15,674 nt of DNA from Synechococcus sp. (GTDB taxonomy: Bacteria > Cyanobacteriota > Cyanobacteriia > Thermostichales > PCC-7336). The notes beneath the pieces were generated by a model that was not told the DNA's origin, ran no database searches, and saw only the letters and a list, made by a program, of their open reading frames with translations. This document shows positions 1 through 8,270 of this stretch, piece after piece (position 1 is the first letter of the stretch; every line of letters begins with the position of its first letter). A program made the translations under genes and the position numbers. Location: positions 1 through 15,674 of the forward strand of contig JBFRWD010000150.1 of assembly GCA_051439425.1 (NCBI GenBank), in the 5' to 3' direction.

Positions 1-300
1 TCCCTGAGCCTAGTTCCGAGGTTGGTCAAGCTCCTTGCCAGGTCGGGCAAAAAGGCATCGGGTCGACTCTCGGCCAGCTGGCGATAAATCTCAACGGCTT
101 GTTCCGCCGCGCGTAACGCCTCTTCCCGTCGCCCCAAATCCCTGAGCATAATTCCGAGGTTGGTCAAGCTCCTTGCCAGGTCGGGCAAAAAGGCATCGGG
201 TCGGCTATCGGCCAGCTGGCGATAAATCTCAACGGCTTGTTCCGCCGCGCGTAACGCCTCTTCCCGTCGCCCCAAATCGCTCAGCCTAACCCCAAGATTG
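1..300 (-). repeat. Intragenic tandem repeat, 138-bp unit (46-aa TPR-like unit); two full copies plus a diverged partial one, continuing off the window
   Basis: 1-138 and 139-276 differ at only 4 positions (10/148, 13/151, 66/204, 69/207); 277-300 is a more diverged partial copy. Confidence 0.95.
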
Positions 301-2087
301 CTAAGCAATCGAGCTTTTTCAGAACGTTCAATAACTGTACGTTTTAAAGCTTGTTCAGTTACAGCAACTGTTAATTCACGTAAAGCAACGGTTTCTCTTG
401 GCAAATTAGATTCGAGTTCGGCTGCAAGCTCAAGATTGCCAGAGTCATCGATACAACTTGCTAGGACCCGACCAATTGGGTCACCCCCTTCAATTGCTAC
501 TTCAATTCCAGCTTTTGCTGCTCGTTCGAAGTCAGCTTGTAGCACATTGCCGAGCCATTCTTTAGCCTCAGATTTCCGAGCTGCCAAACGATTCAAAACG
601 GTCAGGCCATTTTGTAATTCTTCAGAAAAACTTGGTTGTACCCAAGCTGTTCGAAATGCCTCATTCTCCTGAAAAATATTTGATAGAAGTTGCTCCCCCA
701 ACAAATCTGGCTGCAAAGGTTCGACTCGTTTGCCTACCTCGTACAGATCGATAAATACTTGCCCTAAAGCTTCTCGGCTTAGGGGAGTTTCTGGGGCCAG
801 CTTTGGCACCCTTTTTACCACTTCACCCACCCGATCGCGATCGCATCCTCCCGCCAACACGATTGCCGCCGCCGCTTCCGGCAACACCCGCTTGAGATGT
901 TGGGGAAAATCGTCTGAATTGTCTGCAGTACGTTCCCAGTACTTCCGTTCTCTGGAGATGGCAAACTCCAATAGCCGATCGCGCTCTTCAATTTCCACAC
1001 CAGACGCCGCTGCTAACGCTGCCAAATGGATAAATAGCACACGTTCAAATTCATCCGAAGATAAATCCGGTGGTTCAATCACTGGGTGCAACTCGGACAT
1101 TTCTTTGCGAAACGACCGCTCTGCCTGTCGATAAATCTCGTCGCGAGCCTCTATCTCCATCGCCAAAGGAGGCAACCGCTCGGGTAATGTTGATGCCCCC
1201 AACAGCTCCTCATATTCAAAGTTGTCTTCAATCAGGTTCTTCCACCAATCCCCCTCCGACCTTGCCAACAGCAAAAGCCGCACCTTACGGTTTCCCTGCT
1301 CCGACAGCACCGCATCCAACAGCGCCTTCACCTGCTCCCGGCGAGTCTCCGCATAGTCCACCACTAGCAGCACGTCCCGCCGCAAGCGCAACAGCTCTCC
1401 TGCTATTCCCGGATCGGCCTGCAACAATTTGCCAAATTTACGATCTACAAACCCCGTTTCCCAGCTCTTTTCTCCAAGCTGAAGTTGAATGCAAGCCTCA
1501 ATTGCCAGCCGCGTCTTGCCCGACCCGCCAGCACCTACTAGCAACCGAGCTGCAAAATCGCGATCGCTATTGCACCAATCTATAAAATCTTTCAGCCATT
1601 GGGTGCGCCCATAAAACGGCACCACCCCATACTCCGCTCGCAGTAACTTACTTGGCTGTTCGCTTCCTGCAGGCAGTTCCCGCACCGGATTCTTAAAAAT
1701 CTGACGAATCTTCTTCGGATTGGGCCGCATTAGTGGCTTTTCTGCCTGAATGCGGCTCAGCTCTGGGGGCAACGGTGTATCGTCTAGGCGATCTATCAGT
1801 AGAGCGCCATCCCCCTTCTTCAACGCCTCCGTATACTCGCGCCTCACCCAACCCGACTGAGCCGAATCCCGCGACCACAACAGCCAAACCAGCTCGGCTT
1901 CAGCAATTTTTGTCAGCAACACATCCGACCAAGCCGCCCCTGCGTCGATGCGATCCAAATCGAGAAAAACTATCTTACCCGCAGCCCGCAGCACCCGAGT
2001 CCGCTCGCGAGCCCAAACTTCGTCTTCACGCGCATAGCTAATGAAGACCGTTTCAGCATTCAGACTGGTGCTTGACCCCTCAGTCAT
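1..2087 (-). CDS. TIR domain + STAND-like P-loop NTPase + TPR repeat protein (NLR-like); 3' end lies beyond the left edge of the window
   Basis: Hand translation from ATG at 2087 (in-frame TGA upstream at 2109-2111, alternative GTG at 2108) stays open to position 1. TIR-like N-terminus VFISYAREDEVWA...VFLD...GAAWSDVL...LLWSRDSAQSGWVRREY (Glu84 at 1836-1838). Pre-P-loop VVPFYGR, Walker A GAGGSGKT (1512-1535), Walker B LLVVDYAE (1347-1370), sensor-1-like RLLLLAR, later PLQPDLLGE. C-terminal TPR units LARSLTNLGIMLRDLGRREEALRAAEQAVEIYRQLA. Confidence 0.93.
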   Translation of the reverse strand, partial: MTEGSSTSLNAETVFISYAREDEVWARERTRVLRAAGKIVFLDLDRIDAGAAWSDVLLTKIAEAELVWLLWSRDSAQSGWVRREYTEALKKGDGALLIDRLDDTPLPPELSRIQAEKPLMRPNPKKIRQIFKNPVRELPAGSEQPSKLLRAEYGVVPFYGRTQWLKDFIDWCNSDRDFAARLLVGAGGSGKTRLAIEACIQLQLGEKSWETGFVDRKFGKLLQADPGIAGELLRLRRDVLLVVDYAETRREQVKALLDAVLSEQGNRKVRLLLLARSEGDWWKNLIEDNFEYEELLGASTLPERLPPLAMEIEARDEIYRQAERSFRKEMSELHPVIEPPDLSSDEFERVLFIHLAALAAASGVEIEERDRLLEFAISRERKYWERTADNSDDFPQHLKRVLPEAAAAIVLAGGCDRDRVGEVVKRVPKLAPETPLSREALGQVFIDLYEVGKRVEPLQPDLLGEQLLSNIFQENEAFRTAWVQPSFSEELQNGLTVLNRLAARKSEAKEWLGNVLQADFERAAKAGIEVAIEGGDPIGRVLASCIDDSGNLELAAELESNLPRETVALRELTVAVTEQALKRTVIERSEKARLLSNLGVRLSDLGRREEALRAAEQAVEIYRQLADSRPDAFLPDLARSLTNLGIMLRDLGRREEALRAAEQAVEIYRQLAESRPDAFLPDLARSLTNLGTRLR

Positions 2088-2173
2088 TCCACACGCGCGA
2101 TCGGGCACTCAAACTCTATCAGGACCATTCCAAATCGCACTGACACTCAACGCAATCTTTTCAAATTGCACCA

Positions 2174-3745
2174 CTACTCCCACTCCGCAAAAATCCGTTC
2201 GATCTTGGCGATCGCCCAATCCGCAGCTTGCCGCGACGTTAACGGTCTCCCATTTCTGTAAGGCAACCGAGCAATCATCCCATCCGTCCAACGATTTTCT
2301 CGCAACTGTTCCGCAGGTAACGTACTCAAAATCGCCTGCTCCCACACCCGCTCGTACAACACACGCCCATACGCAGGATGCAACGACTGATACGCCGGTT
2401 GCGTCTCTCCCCCCAACATCTCCACCGCCACCGCCACATGCGGGTCTACATCACTGCGCCAATGGGCATGGGCCAACAACGACTCCCGCACCGGCAACAA
2501 CCGCCCCCTGCCCTCCTCCAGCAACCGAGCCAGATTATTGGGTTGAATGAGAAAGCTGAGCAGATCCTTCGCCGCTGCCACCCGCTCTTCATTCGCGCTA
2601 TCAAACACCACCGCTTGCTTAATCGTCACAATCGGCACAATCTCCTGCCCGTTCACCCCACGTGGCCAACTCACCGTCCGCATTTGCTCGAAATACAGTT
2701 GTCGCGACAGTTGGTTGTATTGGTTCTCCGGCTGCCACTGCGTGAGAGGAATCGACAAACTACTGTTGGCCGTCATAAACGACTGGCCCTGCAAAAAACT
2801 GTTGTTATTGCCCGTATCGTTCCACGTCACCGCTCTGGGGGGGACTTGCCCACCCAGATAGAGAGAGCGATAGCGATCGATCGCCCCAATTACCCCAGCC
2901 CGCATCACCTCTCCATCCAACCGCAAGGCCCCATCCGGCCCCACCGGTTTCACACCATACCCCTCCAGCACGTACTCAAACGCCCAAAAGGTATCGTTAC
3001 CAATCCGCGACATTGGCAATCCAGCGCCATACATTGTGGAGGCTTGGCCCTCGGGATTTTGAGTTTGAGAAATCGCCTCCTGTGCCTGTCCCAAAAACCG
3101 CCAAAACTCCCGCCACTCTCCCGGCACCTCTGCTCCCTCCAGCGCCGTTCCCTCCAATGCCCCCATCCACAGATGCAGCATCACCACCTGCTGCCCAATT
3201 GGTACCGCGTAATAATGACTGCCGACGCGAACGCGATTCAAATACGACACCGCATCCTGCGCCGTATCGCTCAGATCGCCCTCCAGCGGCTGCACTACCT
3301 CCGTCACATCAGCCAAAGCCCCCTGCCACGCCAGTTCGGGAATCACACTGGCTTCTAACTGGTGTCCGAATAAGATATCCGGCGGAAATCCAGCGGCCAA
3401 CGCCCGTTCGACATTGGCTATCTCCCCAGCATTCGCCACCAGCGTCAGCTCCGTTTCCCAGCCCGACTGTCGCTGCCATTCCTCTACCAGTTGCACGATG
3501 GCAATATTTTCTTGAGGTAAAAAACTTTGGGGCCACCAGATATGCAGGAGATCGCGATCGGTGCGTGCCTGCTGATTCATCTGGTGCAACTGCGCATCCG
3601 GAATGCAGGCGGTGAGACCAACCGACAGCAGCAGTCCGACCCCGAGTTGGAATGTATGAAAAATGGGGAGTCTCAAAAGACTAGATTCAGCGATTGAAGG
3701 AACAGCTGAATGGAGAAGATGCACTAGCGATCGCGACAGCAGCAT
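2174..3745 (-). CDS. ABC-type extracellular solute-binding lipoprotein (family 1, sugar-binding-like)
   Basis: Long ORF with hydrophobic stretch and lipobox GVGLLLSVGLTA-C; family-like motifs PPDILF, LADVTEV, YYAVPIG, WNDTGNNNSFLQG, AKDLLSFL. Start is uncertain: ATG 3745 chosen, ORF track begins at 3772, and a later start is possible. Confidence 0.85.
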   Translation of the reverse strand: MLLSRSLVHLLHSAVPSIAESSLLRLPIFHTFQLGVGLLLSVGLTACIPDAQLHQMNQQARTDRDLLHIWWPQSFLPQENIAIVQLVEEWQRQSGWETELTLVANAGEIANVERALAAGFPPDILFGHQLEASVIPELAWQGALADVTEVVQPLEGDLSDTAQDAVSYLNRVRVGSHYYAVPIGQQVVMLHLWMGALEGTALEGAEVPGEWREFWRFLGQAQEAISQTQNPEGQASTMYGAGLPMSRIGNDTFWAFEYVLEGYGVKPVGPDGALRLDGEVMRAGVIGAIDRYRSLYLGGQVPPRAVTWNDTGNNNSFLQGQSFMTANSSLSIPLTQWQPENQYNQLSRQLYFEQMRTVSWPRGVNGQEIVPIVTIKQAVVFDSANEERVAAAKDLLSFLIQPNNLARLLEEGRGRLLPVRESLLAHAHWRSDVDPHVAVAVEMLGGETQPAYQSLHPAYGRVLYERVWEQAILSTLPAEQLRENRWTDGMIARLPYRNGRPLTSRQAADWAIAKIERIFAEWE

Positions 3746-3931
3746 GATCGAGACTCTGGGGCACGAGCACAAAAATCATACTGACAACTAGTGAGAGAAG
3801 CCCGAGCGCATTTCTGCTCAGAAATGTAAGAACATCACGTTGAACAGTTCAGCCAAATACAGAGGAGTAAAACGACCAAAACCGCAGGAAATTTCCTCTC
3901 AGCTCTCTCGATGTCTGCCAGGTACATACGC

Positions 3932-4597
3932 CTAACCTTCAAGCGGTTGCTGGTTGGTCAACATGCCGACTAAACCATCCACCAAACGCTCCCGCTCCAT
4001 CGGCATCACGTCTTTACCAAACAGCATTTCTTGAAAAATGACGTAGTGAATCAATGTGCCAATAAAGATGCGGGACGAAACTTCCGGGTCAGGCAGATTT
4101 AGATCGGGGTGCTCGGTTAAGTATCGACCGATCAGCTTGAGTGCATTTGAGGGCGTTTCCGTCACAAATGCTTTGGCCAATTGTGGAAAGCGCTCCGACT
4201 CGGCCATCACCAATCGCATAAACGCGATCGCCATCGGATCGCTGGCGATTGCATCCAGCATGCCAAGAGCGATTCGCTTGAGCACCTCCTGCGGGGTTCC
4301 CTCCAAACGGTGAGATTCAAGCGGCCCGAAGATCGCGTTGAATTTCTGCTCCCTCATGTGCTGAATCATGCCAATAAACAGCCCCTCTTTGTCTTTGAAA
4401 TGGCTGTAGACCGTGGCTTTTGAGACACCGGCAGTAGCAGCAACGCGATCCATACTGGTGGCCGCATATCCCCGCGCCAAAAATTCCTGCATCGCCCCCT
4501 GCAAAATTGCCCTCGCTTTCTCGGGGGATAGCTGTCGGGTGGGGGCAACGTTTTGTCCCATGACGGGTGCCTCTAACTCAAAATCTCTTGCGGACAT
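3932..4597 (-). CDS. TetR/AcrR family transcriptional regulator
   Basis: N-terminal TetR HTH ILQGAMQEFLARGYAATSMDRVAATAGVSKATVYSHFKDKEGLF; C-terminal RLVMAESERFPQLA. Start ATG 4597 (or 4561); the ORF-track extension to 4711 looks non-coding. Divergent from devBCA. Confidence 0.93.
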   Translation of the reverse strand: MSARDFELEAPVMGQNVAPTRQLSPEKARAILQGAMQEFLARGYAATSMDRVAATAGVSKATVYSHFKDKEGLFIGMIQHMREQKFNAIFGPLESHRLEGTPQEVLKRIALGMLDAIASDPMAIAFMRLVMAESERFPQLAKAFVTETPSNALKLIGRYLTEHPDLNLPDPEVSSRIFIGTLIHYVIFQEMLFGKDVMPMERERLVDGLVGMLTNQQPLEG

Positions 4598-4742
4598 AAC
4601 TCTGTGCTCGTAAAAAGCCACACACCCAACTCGTACTGCCTCTCCACCGAAAGCAGGGAACCCACCTACACCACAAGCATCTCCGATAGTACCAAGTCCG
4701 TTACCACCCAATTTGCAAACGCGAAGAATGCGGCACCACCTA

Positions 4743-4771
4743 TTGACTTACTAAACTAGTCGGTTTAGCTT
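4743..4771 (+). promoter_or_regulatory. Predicted sigma70-type promoter of devBCA
   Basis: TTGACT (4743-4748), 17-nt spacer, TAGCTT (4766-4771, TAnnnT), 47 nt upstream of the devB ATG. Confidence 0.65.
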
Positions 4772-4802
4772 GATCGTAGCAGAACTAAACTGTTCAGTTC
4801 AT
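4751..4802. promoter_or_regulatory. Two putative TetR operator sites (CTAAAC-N6-GTTTAG)
   Basis: Perfect inverted repeat CTAAAC-tagtcg-GTTTAG at 4751-4768 overlapping the promoter spacer and -10; second imperfect copy CTAAAC-tgttca-GTTCAT at 4785-4802. Both lie between divergent tetR and devB. Confidence 0.7.
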
Positions 4803-4818
4803 TCTGAGGTGGCAGAGC

Positions 4819-6006
4819 ATGGTGGCCCATACAGGTGTTGAGCGCTCTTTTCCTTGGCCCGGTCGTCGGTGGATTGCGCTGCTGGTTGCTGCTGGCGTAG
4901 TGGTGGGTGGTGCAGTAGTCGTTGGTTCACGCGTTCGTAGGCCGGTGGTCAATTCGGAGCCGGTAGCATTACCGGAAATTACCACTGTGACAGCGTTGGG
5001 GTGGTTGGAGCCGCAGGGAGAGATGGTGGAGCTGTCGGCCCCCAGCTCCACAAACGGCAACCGCATCGCTGAATTGTTGGTGCGAGAGGGCGATCGCGTT
5101 GAAGCCGGTCAAAGCATTGCCATCCTGGATAACTACGCACAACGGGAGGCGGCTTTAGTTGAGGCCCAGGCTCAGGTAGAGATTGCCGAAGCCAATTTGG
5201 CGGTGGTTCGAGCAGGGGCCAAGACCGGGGAGATTGAAGCTCAGCGGGCGGCTGTGGCCCGATACGAGGCGGAGCTGCTGAACAATACAGCGGCTCAACA
5301 GGCGACCGTGGCTAGGCTGGAGGCGGAACTGCAGACGGCGGAAGCGGATGAGAATCGCTACCGGCAACTGTACGAGGAAGGGGCAATTTCGTCTTCAGAA
5401 TGGGATAGTCGGCGGCTGGCGACAGAGGAAGCGCGGCGGCAGGTGGAGGAAGGACAGGCCAATTTGGCCCGCATCCAGTCGGGGCAGCAGCAGCAGTTAA
5501 ACGAGGCGATCGCCACTCTAGATCGCATTGCTGAAGTTCGACCAGTTGACGTCAATGTTGCAGCGGCGGAGGTGCGGGCAGCGCGAGCAGCTGTTGTGCG
5601 GGCTCAGGCAGAACTAGATTTGGCGGCGGTCAAAGCTCCGCAAGCCGGTCAAATCATCAACATTTACGCTCGCCCTGGTGAAGTAATTTCTGATGGCATC
5701 GCCGACATAGGGCGCACCAGCCAAATGATGGCGGTGGCCGAAGTATACGAAAGCGATATTCGCAAAATCCAGTTGGGACAGGCAGTTCAGGTGACTAGTT
5801 CTGCATTGCCGGGGGTGGAGCTGGCTGGCGAGGTGGAACAGATTGACCTGGAGGTGCGACGCCAGAGCGTCATTAACGAAGATCCATCCGCCAACATCGA
5901 CGCCAAAACGGTTGAAGTGCGAGTGCTGCTCGATGAAACATCCAGTCAGCAGGTTTCCGGGCTCAGCAATCTCAGGGTCATCGTCACGGTCGATACCCAG
6001 ACCTGA
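4819..6006 (+). CDS. devB: DevB-family ABC exporter membrane fusion protein (HlyD-like)
   Basis: N-terminal TM segment, VTALGWLEPQGE, LLVREGDRVEAGQ lipoyl-like motif, long coiled coil, VAEVYESDI, DPSANIDAKTVEVRV; first gene of a devBCA-type operon. Confidence 0.92.
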   Translation: MVAHTGVERSFPWPGRRWIALLVAAGVVVGGAVVVGSRVRRPVVNSEPVALPEITTVTALGWLEPQGEMVELSAPSSTNGNRIAELLVREGDRVEAGQSIAILDNYAQREAALVEAQAQVEIAEANLAVVRAGAKTGEIEAQRAAVARYEAELLNNTAAQQATVARLEAELQTAEADENRYRQLYEEGAISSSEWDSRRLATEEARRQVEEGQANLARIQSGQQQQLNEAIATLDRIAEVRPVDVNVAAAEVRAARAAVVRAQAELDLAAVKAPQAGQIINIYARPGEVISDGIADIGRTSQMMAVAEVYESDIRKIQLGQAVQVTSSALPGVELAGEVEQIDLEVRRQSVINEDPSANIDAKTVEVRVLLDETSSQQVSGLSNLRVIVTVDTQT

Positions 6007-6146
6007 TATAGCAATCAGCTCGAAACACTCTGTAGCGGATTGCCGATCGCCACATATCACGAGCTCGGTAGTGAATCGGACATTCTCGTTAGTTCATCTC
6101 TTGCAAAGAGGCCCATCCTGTTTCGGCCATCAATCGGATTCCTCTC

Positions 6147-7319
6147 ATGAACCTACTCACCGCAATCAAACGCCGCACCCCACTGGGATGGCTGCAACTC
6201 AAACGCGATCGCACCCGATTGCTGACAGCGATCGCTGGAATCGCTTTTGCCGACATTCTCATCTTCATGCAGCTGGGCTTTATGGATGCGCTGTTCAAAA
6301 GCAACACGCAGTATCCCCGCAAGCTGTTAGCCGACATCGTTCTGATCGGTACCGAAGCGGACAACCTAAACAATCTGCGCACGTTTCCTCGCCGCCGACT
6401 GTACCAATCACTCGACGTTCCTGGAGTTGAAACGGCAGAAACCCTCTACATTGGTTCCGTGGATTGGCGCAACCCGATTACGCGGGACAAATCCTCCATG
6501 ACGATCTTCGGGCTCAATCCCGAACAGCCGGTATTTGATTTGCCAGAGATGAACCGACAGTTGGATCGGGTAAAGCTGCCAGATACCGTGCTGTTCGATC
6601 GCGCTTCGCGCGGAGACTACGAAGAGCTGATTGCCGAATTGGATCGGGGACAAAGGGTTGATACCGAAATTGGACGACGAACGATTTCGATTGACGGACT
6701 GTTTGAAGTAGGAGCTTCGTTTGCTGACGATGGCGCGCTAATTGCGAGCGACACCACGTTTATGCACCTATTCCCTCGTCGCGATGTCGCAACGGTGAGC
6801 TTGGGGTTGCTGGAGTTAGAGCCAGGGGCTGATGTGGAACAGGTGAGAACGGCGCTGGAGGCTCATCTCCCCGAAGACGTTCAGGTGTTTACCAATCAGG
6901 GGTATGTCGACTACGAACTCAACTATCTGAAAACAAACAGCGCCATTAGCTTTGTGTTCACCTTAGGGAGTGCGATGGGGTTCATTGTTGGTGTGGTGAT
7001 CGTGTATCAGGTGCTGTCCACAGACGTTAACGACCACTTAGCGGAATACGCCACCTTCAAGGCAATGGGGTATCGCTCGCAGTACCTGCTGGGTATTGTC
7101 TTTGAGGAAGCCGTAATTCTGTCGCTGTTTGGCTTTATTCCCGGAGTATCGATAGCGCTCGGACTCTATAGCCTGACTGCATCGGCAACGGCCCTCCCCC
7201 TGGTTATGCCTTGGGGGCGAGCAGCAACAGTGTTGACTCTCACCATTGTCATGTGTGGCCTGTCGGGGGCGATCGCTACCCGCAAACTGCAATCTGCCGA
7301 TCCAGCCGATATTTTCTAG
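6147..7319 (+). CDS. devC: DevC-family ABC transporter permease (FtsX-like)
   Basis: RTPLGWLQL...AIAGIAFADILIFMQLGF, IVGVVIVYQVLSTDVNDHLAEYATFKAMGY and C-terminal KLQSADPADIF are DevC-typical. Confidence 0.95.
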   Translation: MNLLTAIKRRTPLGWLQLKRDRTRLLTAIAGIAFADILIFMQLGFMDALFKSNTQYPRKLLADIVLIGTEADNLNNLRTFPRRRLYQSLDVPGVETAETLYIGSVDWRNPITRDKSSMTIFGLNPEQPVFDLPEMNRQLDRVKLPDTVLFDRASRGDYEELIAELDRGQRVDTEIGRRTISIDGLFEVGASFADDGALIASDTTFMHLFPRRDVATVSLGLLELEPGADVEQVRTALEAHLPEDVQVFTNQGYVDYELNYLKTNSAISFVFTLGSAMGFIVGVVIVYQVLSTDVNDHLAEYATFKAMGYRSQYLLGIVFEEAVILSLFGFIPGVSIALGLYSLTASATALPLVMPWGRAATVLTLTIVMCGLSGAIATRKLQSADPADIF

Positions 7320-7346
7320 AGTTGCTATTTCTTCGGGACAATTCTC

Positions 7347-8060
7347 ATGCAACGTGTAAACCAACAATCGCCCGCGATCGACATTCAGCATCTCGATCAT
7401 TCCTTTGGTCAGGGACAATTGCGCAAGCAGGTGCTGTACGACATCAACCTGAAAATCTACCCGGGTGAAATTGTCATTCTGATGGGTCACTCTGGGTCGG
7501 GAAAAACCACACTCCTGACGCTAGTGGGTGGTTTGCGTTCGGGACAATCCGGTAGCCTCAAGATCCTGGGGCAAGAACTCTGCGGTGCATCTCCGGAACA
7601 GCTAGTGTTGGCCCGCCGCCACAACGGATATATTTTCCAAGCACACAACCTACATCGCAGCTTGACTGCACTGGAGAATGTCGGCATGGGGCTGGAAGTG
7701 CACGGCCATCTATCCAAACACGAACGGATGGAGCGGGCTGCTGCCATGCTCGAACATGTGGGGCTTGGAGATCGCATTGACTACTACCCCGATAATTTGT
7801 CTGGGGGTCAGAAGCAACGGGTGGCGATCGCGCGTGCTTTGGTCAGCCATCCGGCGATTGTGCTGGCGGATGAACCGACCGCAGCTCTAGATAGTCAGTC
7901 GGGACGGGATGTGGTCAATCTCATGCAAACACTGGCGCAAGAGCAGGGCTGCACAATCCTGTTGGTGACTCACGACAACCGTATTTTAGATGTGGCCGAT
8001 CGCATCATCACGATGGAAGATGGGGCTTTGGTAGACCCCCTTGCTGCAACTGCTGCGTAA
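7347..8060 (+). CDS. devA: DevA-family ABC transporter ATP-binding protein
   Basis: Walker A GHSGSGKT, Q-loop IFQAHNL, signature LSGGQKQR, Walker B VLADEPTAALD, H-loop VTHDNRI. Confidence 0.96.
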   Translation: MQRVNQQSPAIDIQHLDHSFGQGQLRKQVLYDINLKIYPGEIVILMGHSGSGKTTLLTLVGGLRSGQSGSLKILGQELCGASPEQLVLARRHNGYIFQAHNLHRSLTALENVGMGLEVHGHLSKHERMERAAAMLEHVGLGDRIDYYPDNLSGGQKQRVAIARALVSHPAIVLADEPTAALDSQSGRDVVNLMQTLAQEQGCTILLVTHDNRILDVADRIITMEDGALVDPLAATAA

Positions 8061-8270
8061 GCAAATGTCGATATCTTAACTCCGATCGATTGCACAATCC
8101 CGGATATTTCTTACCCCTGTAGATGTTGTAATTCTGTAGAGTTCAGAACTCTGCATTCAAAACTAGATTTAGCGCTATACCATCCTCAAACAGCCGCCGC
8201 TATCCTAGATATAGATAGGCGGTGATGTCTGCAATAGGACTCACCACCATGGTTCACTCCGCTGGTTGAG

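Noticed and set aside
1..300. 138-bp repeats as a CRISPR array or a DGR template/variable repeat pair
   Set aside because: No unique spacers, units are in-frame coding TPRs, no reverse transcriptase or cas gene in the window, and the differences are not at adenines on the coding strand.
298..2550. Plus-strand ORFs 298..672, 730..1134, 1070..1585, 1733..2041 and 2041..2550
   Set aside because: Pro/Ser/Thr-rich antisense shadows of the TIR-NTPase-TPR and SBP genes, with no recognisable motifs.
2378..3615. Plus-strand ORFs 2378..3358 (326 aa) and 3013..3615
   Set aside because: Antisense to the solute-binding protein; His/Arg/Pro-rich composition typical of shadow frames.
4598..4711. N-terminal extension of TetR in the ORF track
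   Set aside because: Begins at TTG, is Gly-rich and non-family-like, and occupies the divergent promoter region; ATG 4597 or 4561 fits better.
8194..8222. Imperfect hairpin CCGCC...GGCGG between devA and the pentapeptide gene
   Set aside because: Bulged stem with no U-tract; not supportable as a terminator.
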